Source: Amoeboaphelidium protococcarum X5
Taxonomy: Eukaryota > Fungi > Aphelidiomycota
DNA: 64,000 nt
Assembly: GCA_023515725.1 (NCBI GenBank)
Contig: JALDTO010000237.1
Span: 506,207 to 570,206 of the forward strand
Direction of reading: 5' to 3'
Shown here: piece by piece, positions 21,207 to 35,460 of the stretch
Layout of the letters: each line of letters begins with the position of its first letter
How positions within the stretch are numbered: the first letter of the stretch is position 1
Notes under the pieces: model-generated
The model's database searches: none
The model's input: only the letters and a program-made list of their open reading frames with translations
Told to the model about the DNA's origin: nothing
Translations under genes and position numbers: made by a program

Positions 21207-24047
21207 ATGGGTTTCAATTGGTCCTATGCTGGTTTTGTGATTGCTTTGGCTGTTGTCTTGCAGGTCTTTGTCTTTGAGAAGAGTGACTGGTTCAATGACT
21301 CTCCGCTGCTGCAGAGAAAGCGCCGTTCTCCTATCCCAACTTATAAGCCGCTGAATAATGGTACGTTGGATAAGCGTACTTTCTACTGGCCTCCTTCCTA
21401 CTCACCACCTTCCTACTCGCCTCCTTCGAGCGCTTCGTGTGATCGTTAGACGATTTTTGCTTATGGTGATACCTCTTTTATCCAGCTCAGATTGACCAAC
21501 AGTCTCTGGGGCTGGTAGAGAAGTAGTTTGAGATGCAGTGAAAGCTGGGACTCTAACATTCTGTACATGAATGCTGATAACAATGACTGCAATAGAGGTA
21601 GAGCTGTTGGCACCGTGCAAGTAAAGTTCTCTTGTACTGGCACAATCACTGTCCGTTATGTTGGCTATAAAAAGTGTAAGAAGACGTTCCGCTAGATCAA
21701 TTTCCATGTTGGATACTCTAGCTGCCCTTCTCTGAATCCTAGTTATTTTACTTGCAGCCCTAATGCAAGATCTAATGATCCAGCTTGTAGAAAGGATTGT
21801 GATGGTGGTCAGTGCGATGGTAAGGATGTGACGTTTACCTTTACTGGCTGGGACAGTAGACGTACTGTATACTTTGTTGCTCACGCTGTATCTAATGGAG
21901 AGTTGTGTGCTAGCGACGATTGTGGAAGTACGCCACCACAAACCGTCACTGTCACATCGACGATAACTAAGACTGTGGTAAGTACTTTTTTTAGTACGAT
22001 TATCAGGACTAGTACCATCTAGCTGCCCCCTGTCACAATAACGAGGACGACGACTGTTTCTCATGTTGTCACCTCGACTTTAATTATCCGTCCTCAGCCT
22101 GTGACTTCATACATTACAAGAACTGTGTCGTATCCCGTTACTACCACTGTAACTCTGCCACCAAGAACTATCACAAGTCTGATCACGTTGCCGCCGGTTA
22201 CTACTACTTATACTGTAACAGTTGATAGACCTCCAGTAACCACCACTTGGACGCTTACCAACACTTAGTATGTCACTAGTACTAATACTGAAACTACCAC
22301 TACCACTACATATCTGCCTGCATCTACCTTCACCATAACTGAGACTTCCATTCTGCCTGGTACCGTAACCACTATAACTATCACTGAAGATGGTCAAGTG
22401 ATTACTAGCTACATTACAAGCACTGGAATTATTACTATAACTGGTACTTAGACAGTAACTACAACTAATATTTAGTACATTACTTTGGATCCTGTCACTG
22501 TTACTGTTAATTAGCCTGCTACCACCATTACTACTGCGTTGACTATTACTTAGACGTCTTTGGTGACTGTGACTGAAACTTCTCCTGTGTACTCTACTTT
22601 CTCTACTACCATTTTTAGTACGACAACGTCTACTGTGCTGGTGCCAACCACTATCATTACGTTTATACCTGGTGAGACTGCTCTGACCACTGTAACCTCA
22701 TTTATGACTTAGACAGTGATGTAGACACTATACAGCTACATTACTACTACAGAGAGGATCACCGAAACTGTTACTGTTAGTGGAGGTGGTGGTGGTCCGC
22801 CAGTGACTTCTTACATTACGATTACTTAAGCCCCTGTTACTGTTACTGAGACTCAGTCAATTACTCTGCCTCAGATTACTGTGACCGTCACTGTTGCTCC
22901 GACTACTATTATCCAAACGTCTACTGTGTTTTAGACACAAACCTATACCATGACGTAGACTATCACTGAATCTGGTACCACCATTACCACTACTATCTTC
23001 AGTACAAGCACTGTATCTGTTCTGGCAACCTCAACATCTACTATCCCATCCACTACTACCACCTATACCCCTCTGCCTACTCCTACTTGTATCGATGTTG
23101 GTGGAGCATATCCTTTTAATGCCTTCTTTAGTGGTTCCTATTCTGCTAGCTCTGATGTTCAGGGAAGACTGGCTGTTGGTGGTGATGCAGCTTTTGCTGG
23201 CGGCTTCTCGATCGCGGATCAGCTTTATGGCATCGATTAATGTAAGTCAGCTACATTAGTCATTGGCGGTAAATTGGTAAATTGGTTGACTGGTCGTAAC
23301 TATTATGGTAATATTGTTGTTGGTGATGACTCTACTGCGAAGCCTTCTGTACCCAACAATAATATCGGTTATGTTTTGGAGCAGGAGTGTAGCATAAAAA
23401 AAGTTCCTAACTTTATTGATTTTACTGCTATTAGTCAAAAGTTGATCCAGTTGTCACAGAAGATGGCATCTTGGGTTCCTACTACTCTGAATGTTAATGT
23501 CAGGTATGGTTTGATGACTATCTAGGTTGGTGGTCTTAATCGCTATGAAGTGATTAATATTTAGAATGGATCCATGTTTACTGATAGAGTGGTCAATAAT
23601 TTTGCGATTAAAGGTGCTACTAACAATACCATCCTGGTGTTTAACATTTTTGGGTCCGCTGGTGGATTCGTCAATATGAACATGGAATCGCTCAAGGATA
23701 TTCCTACTATCTTCAACTTTCCTAATGCCACATCTCTACAAATCAGTGGTGTAGGTGTCCGTGGTATGGTTATGGCACCACTTGCTAACGTTAATGCTGG
23801 ACCTGGTGTAGTCTGGGGACCATTTTTTGCTGAGAGTGCAGCTGGACCCTTGCAGATTAATCTGGTTCCGAATTTTCCTCTGTGTGCAAATCCGGATTCT
23901 ATTTATGGTTTACAAACCGCAGCGATGTCTCAGTAGACTAGCAGCAGCAGTGGATCTTAGCCTTTAAGAATCAATTTTAACTTTGGATTGGAAGTGATCG
24001 TAGCTCTGACCGTGCTGCTTTTTGGAGTGTTTTATTTAACGATGTGA
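21207..24047 (+). CDS. Surface adhesin-like protein, tandem copy 2 (946 aa)
   Basis: Same architecture as 16920-19841 with a shorter Pro-rich linker. ATG 21207 to TGA 24045. Confidence 0.85.
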
Positions 24048-24287
24048 TTGTGTTGTGTTGAATAATGTTTGTGATCAAATGGATTGATTTGAAAAGTGAG
24101 ATTGAGTGAATAATAAAAAATGGGTTTAAAAATGTTGTTTTTATTGAATCATTTAAAAGTTCCAACATTGCTGGTAACTGAGTTATGTTTTCATCAAACT
24201 AATATAAACTTTCTATACACTTAAGCTGTTTGATAACAAGACATTGATCATTGAACTTCATTCACTAAACACGTAACGTAACGCTTT

Positions 24288-25090
24288 TCAATTTGACAAT
24301 GTATAACTAAAGCTATCAATCATGACCCCATTCTCAGGAATTTTACTGCCGTATTGTAGATTACCCTATAAGGAAACCGGATTACTCAATTCAATTGACA
24401 ACGAACGCGAATGATTAATCGGACGGACTTGCACTGCAGTCTGAGGATTGATAATCAGCGCCGGAGATGTTTAAATATTAGAGTCGTCTGAAGTCGCGTC
24501 TTGTTTAGTCAGAGACTTTTTTCTTCCAAAGATACGATCACATATTCTATGGAATATACCACCACTGCGCTAATTAACAGAATCAGATTCTTTTGATGAG
24601 TGTGCAAGATCAATCTCTTGTATAGTTGACTTTATACCATGAGTAAATTTATCGTGACAAATAATCAGAGGCATATTTTATGGCACTATCAAAGCTTACT
24701 GTGGAGGATAGTTCGCGATTTGATCACGTCCGAGCGTTTCAGAACTCCAACAATCACGTTTCACCATTGTTATCAACTACACAAGAAAGCCTGATGACTA
24801 GAATTCCAGTAATTTTGATGAAATACATTACTTTGGAGCATATAGCACATTTCTGCTTGGTAAAGAATATTCTTTTGAAAGGGCAAGTATCCTTGAAACA
24901 TGGTTCACAAAACTCGTGTCCACATGGATAGACTTGCACTTGAGTTTACAAAACTTTACACACAGGACAACGTTACTCCAAATATGTACTTGAGGAACTT
25001 CCAGACTCAGTCTACAATTGTACAAAAGGTTAATTAAGTAATATAGTGGTCCATTAATCGATATCTTACGCGTTATACTAGATCAAACAT
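24288..25090 (-). CDS. C3HC4 RING-finger protein (3 exons)
   Basis: CPVC...YPCGHEFCEPC...CAIC. Two GT..TGTAG introns restore the frame to TGA at 24288-24290. Confidence 0.75.
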
Positions 25091-25226
25091 GATGTTTAGG
25101 TACAAGCTGTGTTTCAAAATTGGTGATTGTCTGCTAAGCGGAAACAAAAGAGACACGACGACTTGGCTTAAGAGCGTTTATTGAAATCAAGTGGAGTTTA
25201 TATCGTCAATTTACATCCTTATATAG

Positions 25227-26267
25227 TCAGGCTTCAGCAATTACTGCTGACACTGCAGACATATCACCTGGAACCAGTACGGCTGATGGCATGCTAACTT
25301 GCTCCTACTTACTTCGATTTTGCTAGACCATCTCCATCATATGATTTCCACACACGGCAAGAAACATCACCACGCCAGACAATGAGGGAGAAATAAGCAG
25401 AATACCGTATGGACTACGCCAAAATGGACTTAATTTGGTCTAAATTTCAGTAGACATTTACTAAACTTCAACTATACTACAATACAACGCGTAACTTTTT
25501 GATGCTCCATAGGCTGTGGCTTGCATTATAGCCAGTGCAAAGAAAAGAATAGACCATATAGATATCGGAGATCGGCATCCTGTAGTAGCAAGCGCATTTA
25601 CGCGTTGTTTGAACATTATGTTTAGTACCAGAAACCCTGCCGGAATAAGAACGCCAGGCACCAGGACAGATAGAGACTGTAGGTATATCGTTAGCATTAG
25701 GAAGTAGTACACTCTGGACGTAGTTAGAATCATAGAGATTAACACAATGAATTGAACGATGGTAAACGCAATCACACCGCTAACAATTCTCCATCGATGC
25801 ACATAATATGCATTACTGACTTTAAGTGCCAACTGTGATACGACTTCATTCACTTTAGAAGTGCCGTGACTAATCGAGGCTTTAATAGCGGGGTTGCCCG
25901 GAAAATCAGTGGCAAAAAGTGCTATATTACGCATCAGCAGATCAGCGGTATAGTATGTAACAAGAATTACAGCGATACCTGATATAGCAGCTTAAGTGAG
26001 CCATAGATGGGCGTTGCTGTCGAATATAGATAGCAAAGATTGTCCCAACATTTGATACGACATGTGAGCTATTGCTATGCTTAGGAGGTGACCTGCAGAT
26101 GCAAGACATACAACTACGAGCAAAGACACTGCACTTATACTAACATTACCTTTCTTATATATTTACATACATCCCACGTAGTATATTACTACAAGTGTAG
26201 CCAAAAGACTGAAGACGTGCATCACAATCACCGCAGTGAGAAACGCCTCATCTGAAACTGAAGCCAT
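25227..26267 (-). CDS. Multi-pass (~7 TM) membrane protein, possibly GPCR-like (346 aa)
   Basis: Open ATG to TGA under TAR=Gln with about seven hydrophobic segments. No family motif recognised. Confidence 0.7.
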
Positions 26268-26569
26268 CTCCTCGAATGATATCACACAATATACAGAGCG
26301 AATAAACGAGGTAAATAATATGATGACTCACTTTAATGGCAATGCTGATGAGATTATGAAAGCATCAAAAGTAAAGAAAGCCGCGAGCTTCTAAACTTTA
26401 TGCATTTCTATTTTTAGCCAAGACGTGAGCAGTTAGCTGTTACGTTTCCAAAAACGGTACTGATCGCAACGTCAAGCCATAAAGCGAGATCTCGAGCTGA
26501 AACAACGCCTCGGCTCTAAGCCTCCAAAGTCTTCATTTTCTCTTGCTAGTAGTCCGCTCTTACACTATA

Positions 26570-28191
26570 ATGTCGCAGTTAGTCAGTCAAGTTGTCAATT
26601 ACGCTCAGTAGTCAACCACGAGCACTATTCTGACCATCGCTGTCGGGCTGGTGCTGGCTGTAGCACTGTCGCGAGTTGTAAGTCTTTTTGCAAGTTTCGT
26701 TGTATGAAGTTACACTAACTTTTGCGCGTTGTGTAGATTGCATCCGTATTGGGAACTTCTAATGGAACAAGACATCCACCCATGGTCCCTTATGTCGTTC
26801 CATTCATTGGAAGTATGATCAGCTTCGGTATGAATCCACTAAAGTTTCTGGAAGAGAATCGCTTAAAGTATGGTGACTGCTATACCTTTTTGATGTTTGG
26901 GCGTAAGATGACCTACCTGATGGGAGCTGAAGGCAATAACTTTGTCTTGAACACTTGTAAACTCAAGGAAGTGTCCGCTGAAGAGGCGTATAAGCATTTG
27001 ACCGTTCCTGTCTTTGGCGAGGGCGTCATATACGATGTTCCCAATAGTGTCATGATGGAGTAGAAGCGGTTCGTCAAGCATGGTCTTTCACCTGAGAACT
27101 TGCGTCTGTACGTTCCAATGATTGAGAAGGAAACCAGGGAGTACTTTGCCCGTTGGAAGGGAGACACTGGTCGCGCTGAGCTCTCCGAGGCGATTGCCGA
27201 GTTGACCATTCTGACTGCCTCTCGCTGCTTAATGGGCTCCTTCATTCGTGAGCAGTTGTCCGAGACTGTCGCCTAGTTGTATTGCGATTTGGACAAGGGA
27301 TTCACGCCACTAAATTTTCTGTTCAAGTGGCTCCCGCTAGAGTCATACCGTAAGCGTGATGAGGCTCATATCAAGATGAGAGAATTGTTTCTTCGCATCA
27401 TGAAAGATCGCCGCGAGAGAGGTGAGATGGACAATAGTGATATGATGTAATCTCTAATGGACTGTGAGTACCGCGATGGTAGAAAGATGAATGACAAGGA
27501 AGTTGCATGTCTGATGATTGCTCTTCTTATGGCTGGTTAACACACTTCAAGTACTACCGCAACGTGGTGTCTGTCTTATTTGGCCCAGGACAAGGAGTTG
27601 CGACAACGTCTGCTTCAAGAGCAGAAGGAAGTACTTGGCGATGATTTATCGGCCCCTCTGGACTATGAAGCACTGAAAAGCATGGAATTGCTGGATCGCT
27701 GCGTGAAGGAGACTCTTCGCCTGAAGCCTCCAATTATCACGGTATTGCGCAAAGTTATGAGCGATGTACAGTACAAGGATTACACTATTCCAGAGGGTCA
27801 TTATGTCTGTGTTGCGCCGTCTCTGGCTCAACTTGATAGCTCTCTGTGGGGTAAAGATGTGAGTAAATTCACCCCTGACCGCTTTAATGAGTGCCAGAAT
27901 CCAGGATTGTCCAAGTGCCTCGGTCATGGAGCATCATCGTCTTACTTACCGTTTGGCGCCGGTCGTCATCGTTGTATTGGAGAGGCCTTCGCGTATGTAC
28001 AACTTAAGACTATCATTGCCACATTTATCAGAATGTTCGACTTTGAATTCCCTGCTGGCGGTAAAGGATTTCCAGACACTGATTTCACCACTTTGATAGT
28101 GATGCCAGTCAAGCCTGTGGCTATTGATTATTAGCGCAGAACTTCTCTCGGAGTCAATGGTACAACTGCTGATCTACAGACGGAAGAGTGA
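26570..28191 (+). CDS. CYP51: Sterol 14-alpha-demethylase, cytochrome P450 51 (intron 26678-26736)
   Basis: AEEAYKHLTVPVFGEGVIYDVPN, ME[Q]KRF, LLMAG[Q=TAA 27538]HTS, KETLR and the heme motif PFGAGRHRCIGE. Confidence 0.97.
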
Positions 28192-28277
28192 TTTACTGCT
28201 AACGTTAAGAGTGATACGCGATAATAAGTATAAGTAACCGATATTGCATTTGTGTGTATTTACAAATTTACATTTCA

Positions 28278-29765
28278 TCATAGCTTAGTGGATAGTAGAT
28301 TTCGTGTGATGTCAAATCTATTACCATCTGGCTAAAGCTGGTATTTTTAACCAGCTGCATCTACAGCCAATAGAAAACCGTCATCTCCAATTCCCCTAAT
28401 AGTGACTTCTTTCCGTTAATCTACTTCACCATCGATTTGAACAGATACTTTCTAATTAGAATGGAGCCAATGTTTATAATACTCCTACCTGAATTGATTT
28501 TTTCCAGAGCTGAAGAAGCTACGATAGATTGCAGTATACTAATTCATAATTTCAGCACAGAGAATCTCCTTACTCAGCTCATGTGTCTGGGTGGCATCAT
28601 ACTGCTTATTAATTGAGTGAAGACTAACAGTCGGTCTATCATTGTATACGTTGAGACCGCATCCAATGACCACCTAACACGTATTCCCAAGTTGCGGAGA
28701 CACCAAAATGCCGCCGACTTTAATTTGTTAAGGATTGCCGTCTTGTTATTTCATGGCAACATAGATGTCATTAGGCCATTTGATCGCGATAGGAAATGCA
28801 TCACTGTGCGCAATCAACTTAACAGCCTTCACCACAGCTAGCGACATTATGTATTAAAGAAATACCACCTTAAGCATATCACCGAAGTCATAGTTGTGGA
28901 TGAAAGAGAATTAAAGTGCTCCCTGGTCAGAGATCCAGCTGTTCCCGCTTCTACCTCGGCCATTCGACTGATTGTCTGCAACCACCAAAGTCCCGTCAGG
29001 TATTAATGACTGAAACTTGTAATTATCAACCAGCAGCGATTAAGTTGATTTTAACTCACGCGTGGTAATAAGGGAGCTAATCATCGAATTTGGCTGCAAC
29101 TATTAAAAGAACACATCAGCGTTAAACTAGCTTGATCCTCTTTACTTTAAGTCATCTTTAATCTCAATTTGAAGCCCACCATCACCTTCATCCTAATCGC
29201 TGCCAGGCAAAGTTGATGATTAATGCAGAGAGAAATGAAAGCTCTCAGCGGAATCTGTAAACTTTTATGTGCTTTGAATTGACTGTATGAATGACTGGCG
29301 CTACTAAATATTTCTAAAATATATGGCAAGACTAGATCTTTCAGCAAAAGTGCCAACATCAATTGGAACGTCGTGCTACGAGATTAGGCCTGCTTAGATG
29401 AGACGCGTTCTAAGATAATCATTGTTGTCACCAGTCTACATATCCAATAGAAAGACTTCCGCTTCATTGTTTACAAATTAGCGCCATTGACACGACGAAG
29501 ATGCCAAGATTTTACCACCAGAAGAGACGTAATCTTGTAATCGCCGCTTGATATAAATCTATCGCATATTTGACAGCGTGTTGATTGCAGGTAGTTGGTG
29601 CATAATCATGGCAGCACAGGATCCTTCCCACGGAGATTTCCACAATAGAGATAGATCTGAGACCAGCGAAACATCATAATACCTCAACAGATTCTTTAAT
29701 TTCAGGTAAAAGTCTGAGCTCTTTCCATCTCCGCAAGACAAGAATAGAATATTAATTTTCTTCAT
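28278..29765 (-). CDS. BPL1: Biotin-protein ligase / holocarboxylase synthetase (495 aa)
   Basis: QSNGRGRSGNSW, IKWPNDIY, K.GGILV and C-terminal GIGDDGFL...LQPDGNRFDI. Confidence 0.92.
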
Positions 29766-29916
29766 TATATGTTGACACGGACGATGTGATTAATTTCAGA
29801 TAGGAACTTGAGGTTGATCAAGATGGAAATTAAGAAGCGCTCCCGTAACATGAAAGCTTAAATGGCAATCAAAGAGGCATCAAACTCGAATGATTGTTAT
29901 TTTACTTTGGCTACAA

Positions 29917-31794
29917 TCAACAAGTTATGACATTACATCTCTCTAAAATTGTTTTAACTTTAAGAGAATCTTTGTAATTGTTATGACCGTCGATGATATC
30001 CGAGCAGTCAACATTAACTATATTATTACCACGCGAAGGCTATGTGTCAACCTCTTTCAACCCAGCAATACTACCGAACGACGTGGCTCTAAACAGAAAT
30101 CCCAATATCCAATCTTTACTTGAATACGCGTTGTAAATCTTGTTTGCCACCATCATCTACACTCTACGCCACTCTTCTTGAGATGCAGCAATTGGAGCAC
30201 CAATCAACACAACATCAGATACTATACCGAACGCATCAGCATCCTGGCTACCGACAGCACGCTCATACAACTAGAGAAGTGCAAAGAATATAACTCTTGC
30301 ACCGGCGCTAGTTCCGATAAGTTTAATCGGTCTGTGACCATGAAGACGTTCAAACAAAATGTCACCCAGAATTTATCCAGCCTTGTAGGAGCGATCCATC
30401 ACGATAGACCAAGGATTATCCACTAGGGAGGCAATCTTTAACAAAGACAGTGGCCATGCAACAGCAAGCATCACATTGGCCAGTATTGTTCTCATCAAAA
30501 CTTGACGCGTTAAATATCCAACAGCTTCTGTCTTGATCAACTCTTCAACGGCATTACCCATGGCCATCAACTCCTTACTCTCAAACACTAAGGACAGGCA
30601 TTCGCCATTGAAGCATTAGTTCTACTAGTCTAATTATGTTTTAGCAAGTAAACATTACCACACACCAAGTGCATCTGTCAGCTGAGTCATCCACCCAGAT
30701 ATAACTATAGTGACAAATGGAGATTTAGTGGCGGATAAAGGATCACCTAAAGGCTCTTCTGAAGATGGCAGTTACGACTACGACGATTACTATTATTTTT
30801 TCTTTGAGAACCAGCCACCACTCTCCTGTACCATATCCTCAGGTATAGAAGTATCCACGTCGATAAACTTAAATTCTTAAATACCACGCGATTTGTATTC
30901 CATCTTCATCCCGGCAATACTCGCACCCGTGACACCAAAGACGGAGCCAATTAACGCCAGACCAGAAGTTCCCCCAAGGAAAGCTAGAGTTCCAGCACCG
31001 ATTCCAATAGAGCCCCCGAGACCGATTAAAGCACCAGCTACTAAAGGTGCAGCCAATCCTCCAGTTATACCAACTAACAGTCCTCCAGCAGCCACTCCAG
31101 CTCCAATGGTCCATAGTCTTTTATTTTTATTACGCGTCGAATGTTCGCCGATGATCTTGTCATGATTGTCTGATTGTGACGCCAGTTATTAGGCGTAAAC
31201 TTGTAACTGCACCTACCGACTCAGATTCAATTCCAAAGATATAGCATTTGAGTATGTCAGATTAGCGAGTAGCATAACTTTATGAAATAGACATTGAGAG
31301 CGAGCGTCATAGACAGCTCCATTTTATATAGATGCCATAAATATTAATTCACAAATGAGAGTAGAATCTATTGAAAACAGCCCATTAGTTAAAGTGCCTT
31401 CATCCAGTACCGAATTATCTAAATCGAGATCGTTCAAAGTCAACGGCGTGCTTCTTTTGATATCGACTACTGCGCAGATCCCCATCAACAGCGATTCTGA
31501 CCAATTCCTGTAGCTTTGCAGATATAATTGAGATTCATCTAATTTTTCGTTGTTCTTTACTTAACTCTTAGAAGGATCCTTGTTCCTGTTACTGGCAAAG
31601 GTAAAAAAGGACGATTTAGACTTGTCTGACTGTACCACTTGTTACTGATCTGCACTGACGCGTTGATTATCATCCTTGACCTCAGCTTTCAATCGCTCAG
31701 CATTGCAATAAGTGTTCCATAGAAGAATTTCAATTATACGCAGAAAGCCTTCCTTCTACACCTTACTTAACGTTTTCAATTAATCTTAATCCAT
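29917..31794 (-). CDS. DUF726/TMCO4-family alpha/beta-hydrolase-fold membrane protein (625 aa)
   Basis: YDARSQ, GGLLVGITGGLAAPLV, VDNPWS, RPIKLIGTSAGARVIF and RMMVANKIYNAYSSKDWILGFLFRA. Confidence 0.88.
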
Positions 31795-32054
31795 CCCGCT
31801 ACTATTAATAGCACTCTGGCTGAAACAATAACAATAAAGACACGCTGAAATTTCCCAAACGCAAAAGATCTCCAAAATTACCGAAATGAGAGTTTTGGTT
31901 AAAAGAAGAAAAACTTGAAAGATTTCGAGTCAGCGCCAACTGGTGATGAATACAGCTTGCTGATCATTATACTCATCAGTCATTACTTAAAGAATAAGAA
32001 ATGCGCAAATAATAATTTATTGTAACGAGAAAGTCATCAATCTAATCAACAGTA

Positions 32055-32900
32055 TCATTTACAACTTTGTACAGTAACTTGGACGTATCCAGTGAGATGA
32101 TACATAATGGCGGAAACAGTCAGTGTATAAAACGCGCCAAATACGCCCATCATCCATAGGGCAAAAGACCGAATTTCCACCGGTTCTTTAAATATGTACG
32201 TGTTCATAACTATAACGTAGTTAGTGGTGGGATTCATTCGAGCCATTGCGAGAGCATCCACGTGACTTGACACAATCATTGAGAGACACGCCACAAACAA
32301 CACCGCGATGGATATAGAGAGAATGGAGACTAGCCAGAGCATTGATTTATCTGCTCGCAGTGCTTTGAGTGGACGCATTGGTGAGAGCTGTATTTTATAA
32401 TTCTGCATACATCTAGTGCATTTCAAGAGGGTATCTAATACATATGTTTGTGGGTAAAACAATCGCTAAATGTCTTACAGTATACTATAAACTGTGCCAA
32501 TGCTTTGACACAACTACGTCATCCTTGCACCATTATAAATGTCACCATCATCCCGAGTTATTTATGTTTTATTCCATTATTATCTAAAAGACACAAAATC
32601 GGCCACTTGACAGTCCAGGATATTCCGACTACTAAATACATCATAAATCAGCATGGGAAATCCCGCTTGTGCCGCAGAGTCTTTGATGATATTGGTCACG
32701 TATAAATCTATGCAATTCTGATGGATATACTGTAAATCAGGATCTTTACATCCAGTGCATACTTATACAAGAGGATCTCTACAATTTGGGCCGCTATCAG
32801 ACTCCCAGCACGCCCAACATCTGCTGCGTTCATCACTATCACTTTAACAATTACTGACGCTATTTTGCTCACTCGATGGTTACACTTTTTAGTATTCCAT
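32055..32900 (-). CDS. MARCH-like RING-CH (RINGv) membrane E3 ligase with two TM helices (281 aa)
   Basis: CWAC...VCTGC...YIHQNC...(97 aa)...CTRC, followed by two hydrophobic helices. Confidence 0.7.
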
Positions 32901-33214
32901 TCTATTATCAAATACAATCTTGGTAAATAAATCAAATTAAGGTATAGCGAATATTAAAATGGTATATAGCCAATACTTTAATAAAGAGGATGGATATACA
33001 CTATAATAAATAACTGAGTGAAAGGCAGTGATACAAAACATGGAAAAGATCGATCACTCTCATTAAATGAGACACTTCCAGTGATGCTAAAATTATCAAC
33101 CGTGTTCGAATCAAACTCAAAGATGATAGTTTTAGAATGCCAAAATAGCAACAATATAGTATTATTATTTTATACTCAAAAATTCACAAACTCTGACACA
33201 TACGGCAAAACTGT

Positions 33215-34777
<1,563 letters not shown>

Positions 34778-35373
34778 TTACACTGAATGGTACAAACTGT
34801 ATAGAGAGTTCTTTGAGAGGAGAGGAAAGAAAACTGTTAGGCCTGGCGGGAGAGAGAGAGATCGCAATGATCAAAGTTTCACCGATCTTCGGAACTGACC
34901 GCTGATGGCCAATAGAGGGAACGCGCTTCATCTTACTTACAATGAACGGCTCACCTCACTGATAATGATTTTAGTAATGCGTATTCAATTTATTTATGCT
35001 ACATAATATTCACTTGAGGCGTTGCACATACTTACTGGGACCGAAATGGATTCAGTACTGCTTCACAATGCTGCAGACTGACAGAGATAATGTATCGAAA
35101 AGTAAAAGTAATTAAGTTATGCGTTTCATCTATCATTAAACCTTATGATAAGAAAGATTGATAGAGAAAGCCTCTCAAACTCTAAAGTACAATGCTACGA
35201 TCGATGATCAGTAATTGATCGCGTTATTAGGCAATTTCAATCGGTATGGATTCAATTGTGAAACGTTTCACAACAGCGATTTGAGAGAGAGAGATCGTTT
35301 CATTGTTTCAGCTTTGAGAGCCTTTGATCGTTTCAAAACAAAGACGACACCATCATCTGAATACACAGCTTTA

Positions 35374-35421
<48 letters not shown>
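35374..35421. repeat. (CT)n(AT)n microsatellite upstream of CDC6
   Basis: ctctctctctc tatatata... visible directly. Confidence 0.95.
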
Positions 35422-35422
<1 letters not shown>

Positions 35423-35460
35423 ACACTGCACCAAATAAACTCAGTAATATCCCACTTGCA

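Noticed and set aside
21402-22064. Long antisense ORFs in the track (e.g. 21402-22064 and 42526-43155)
   Set aside because: They are shadows of well-supported genes on the opposite strand and have no recognisable motifs.
35028-35041. ATACTTAC resembling the U1 snRNA 5' end
   Set aside because: The match stops after 8 nt and no U1 stem-loops or Sm site were recognised. No tRNA or rRNA genes were recognised in the window.
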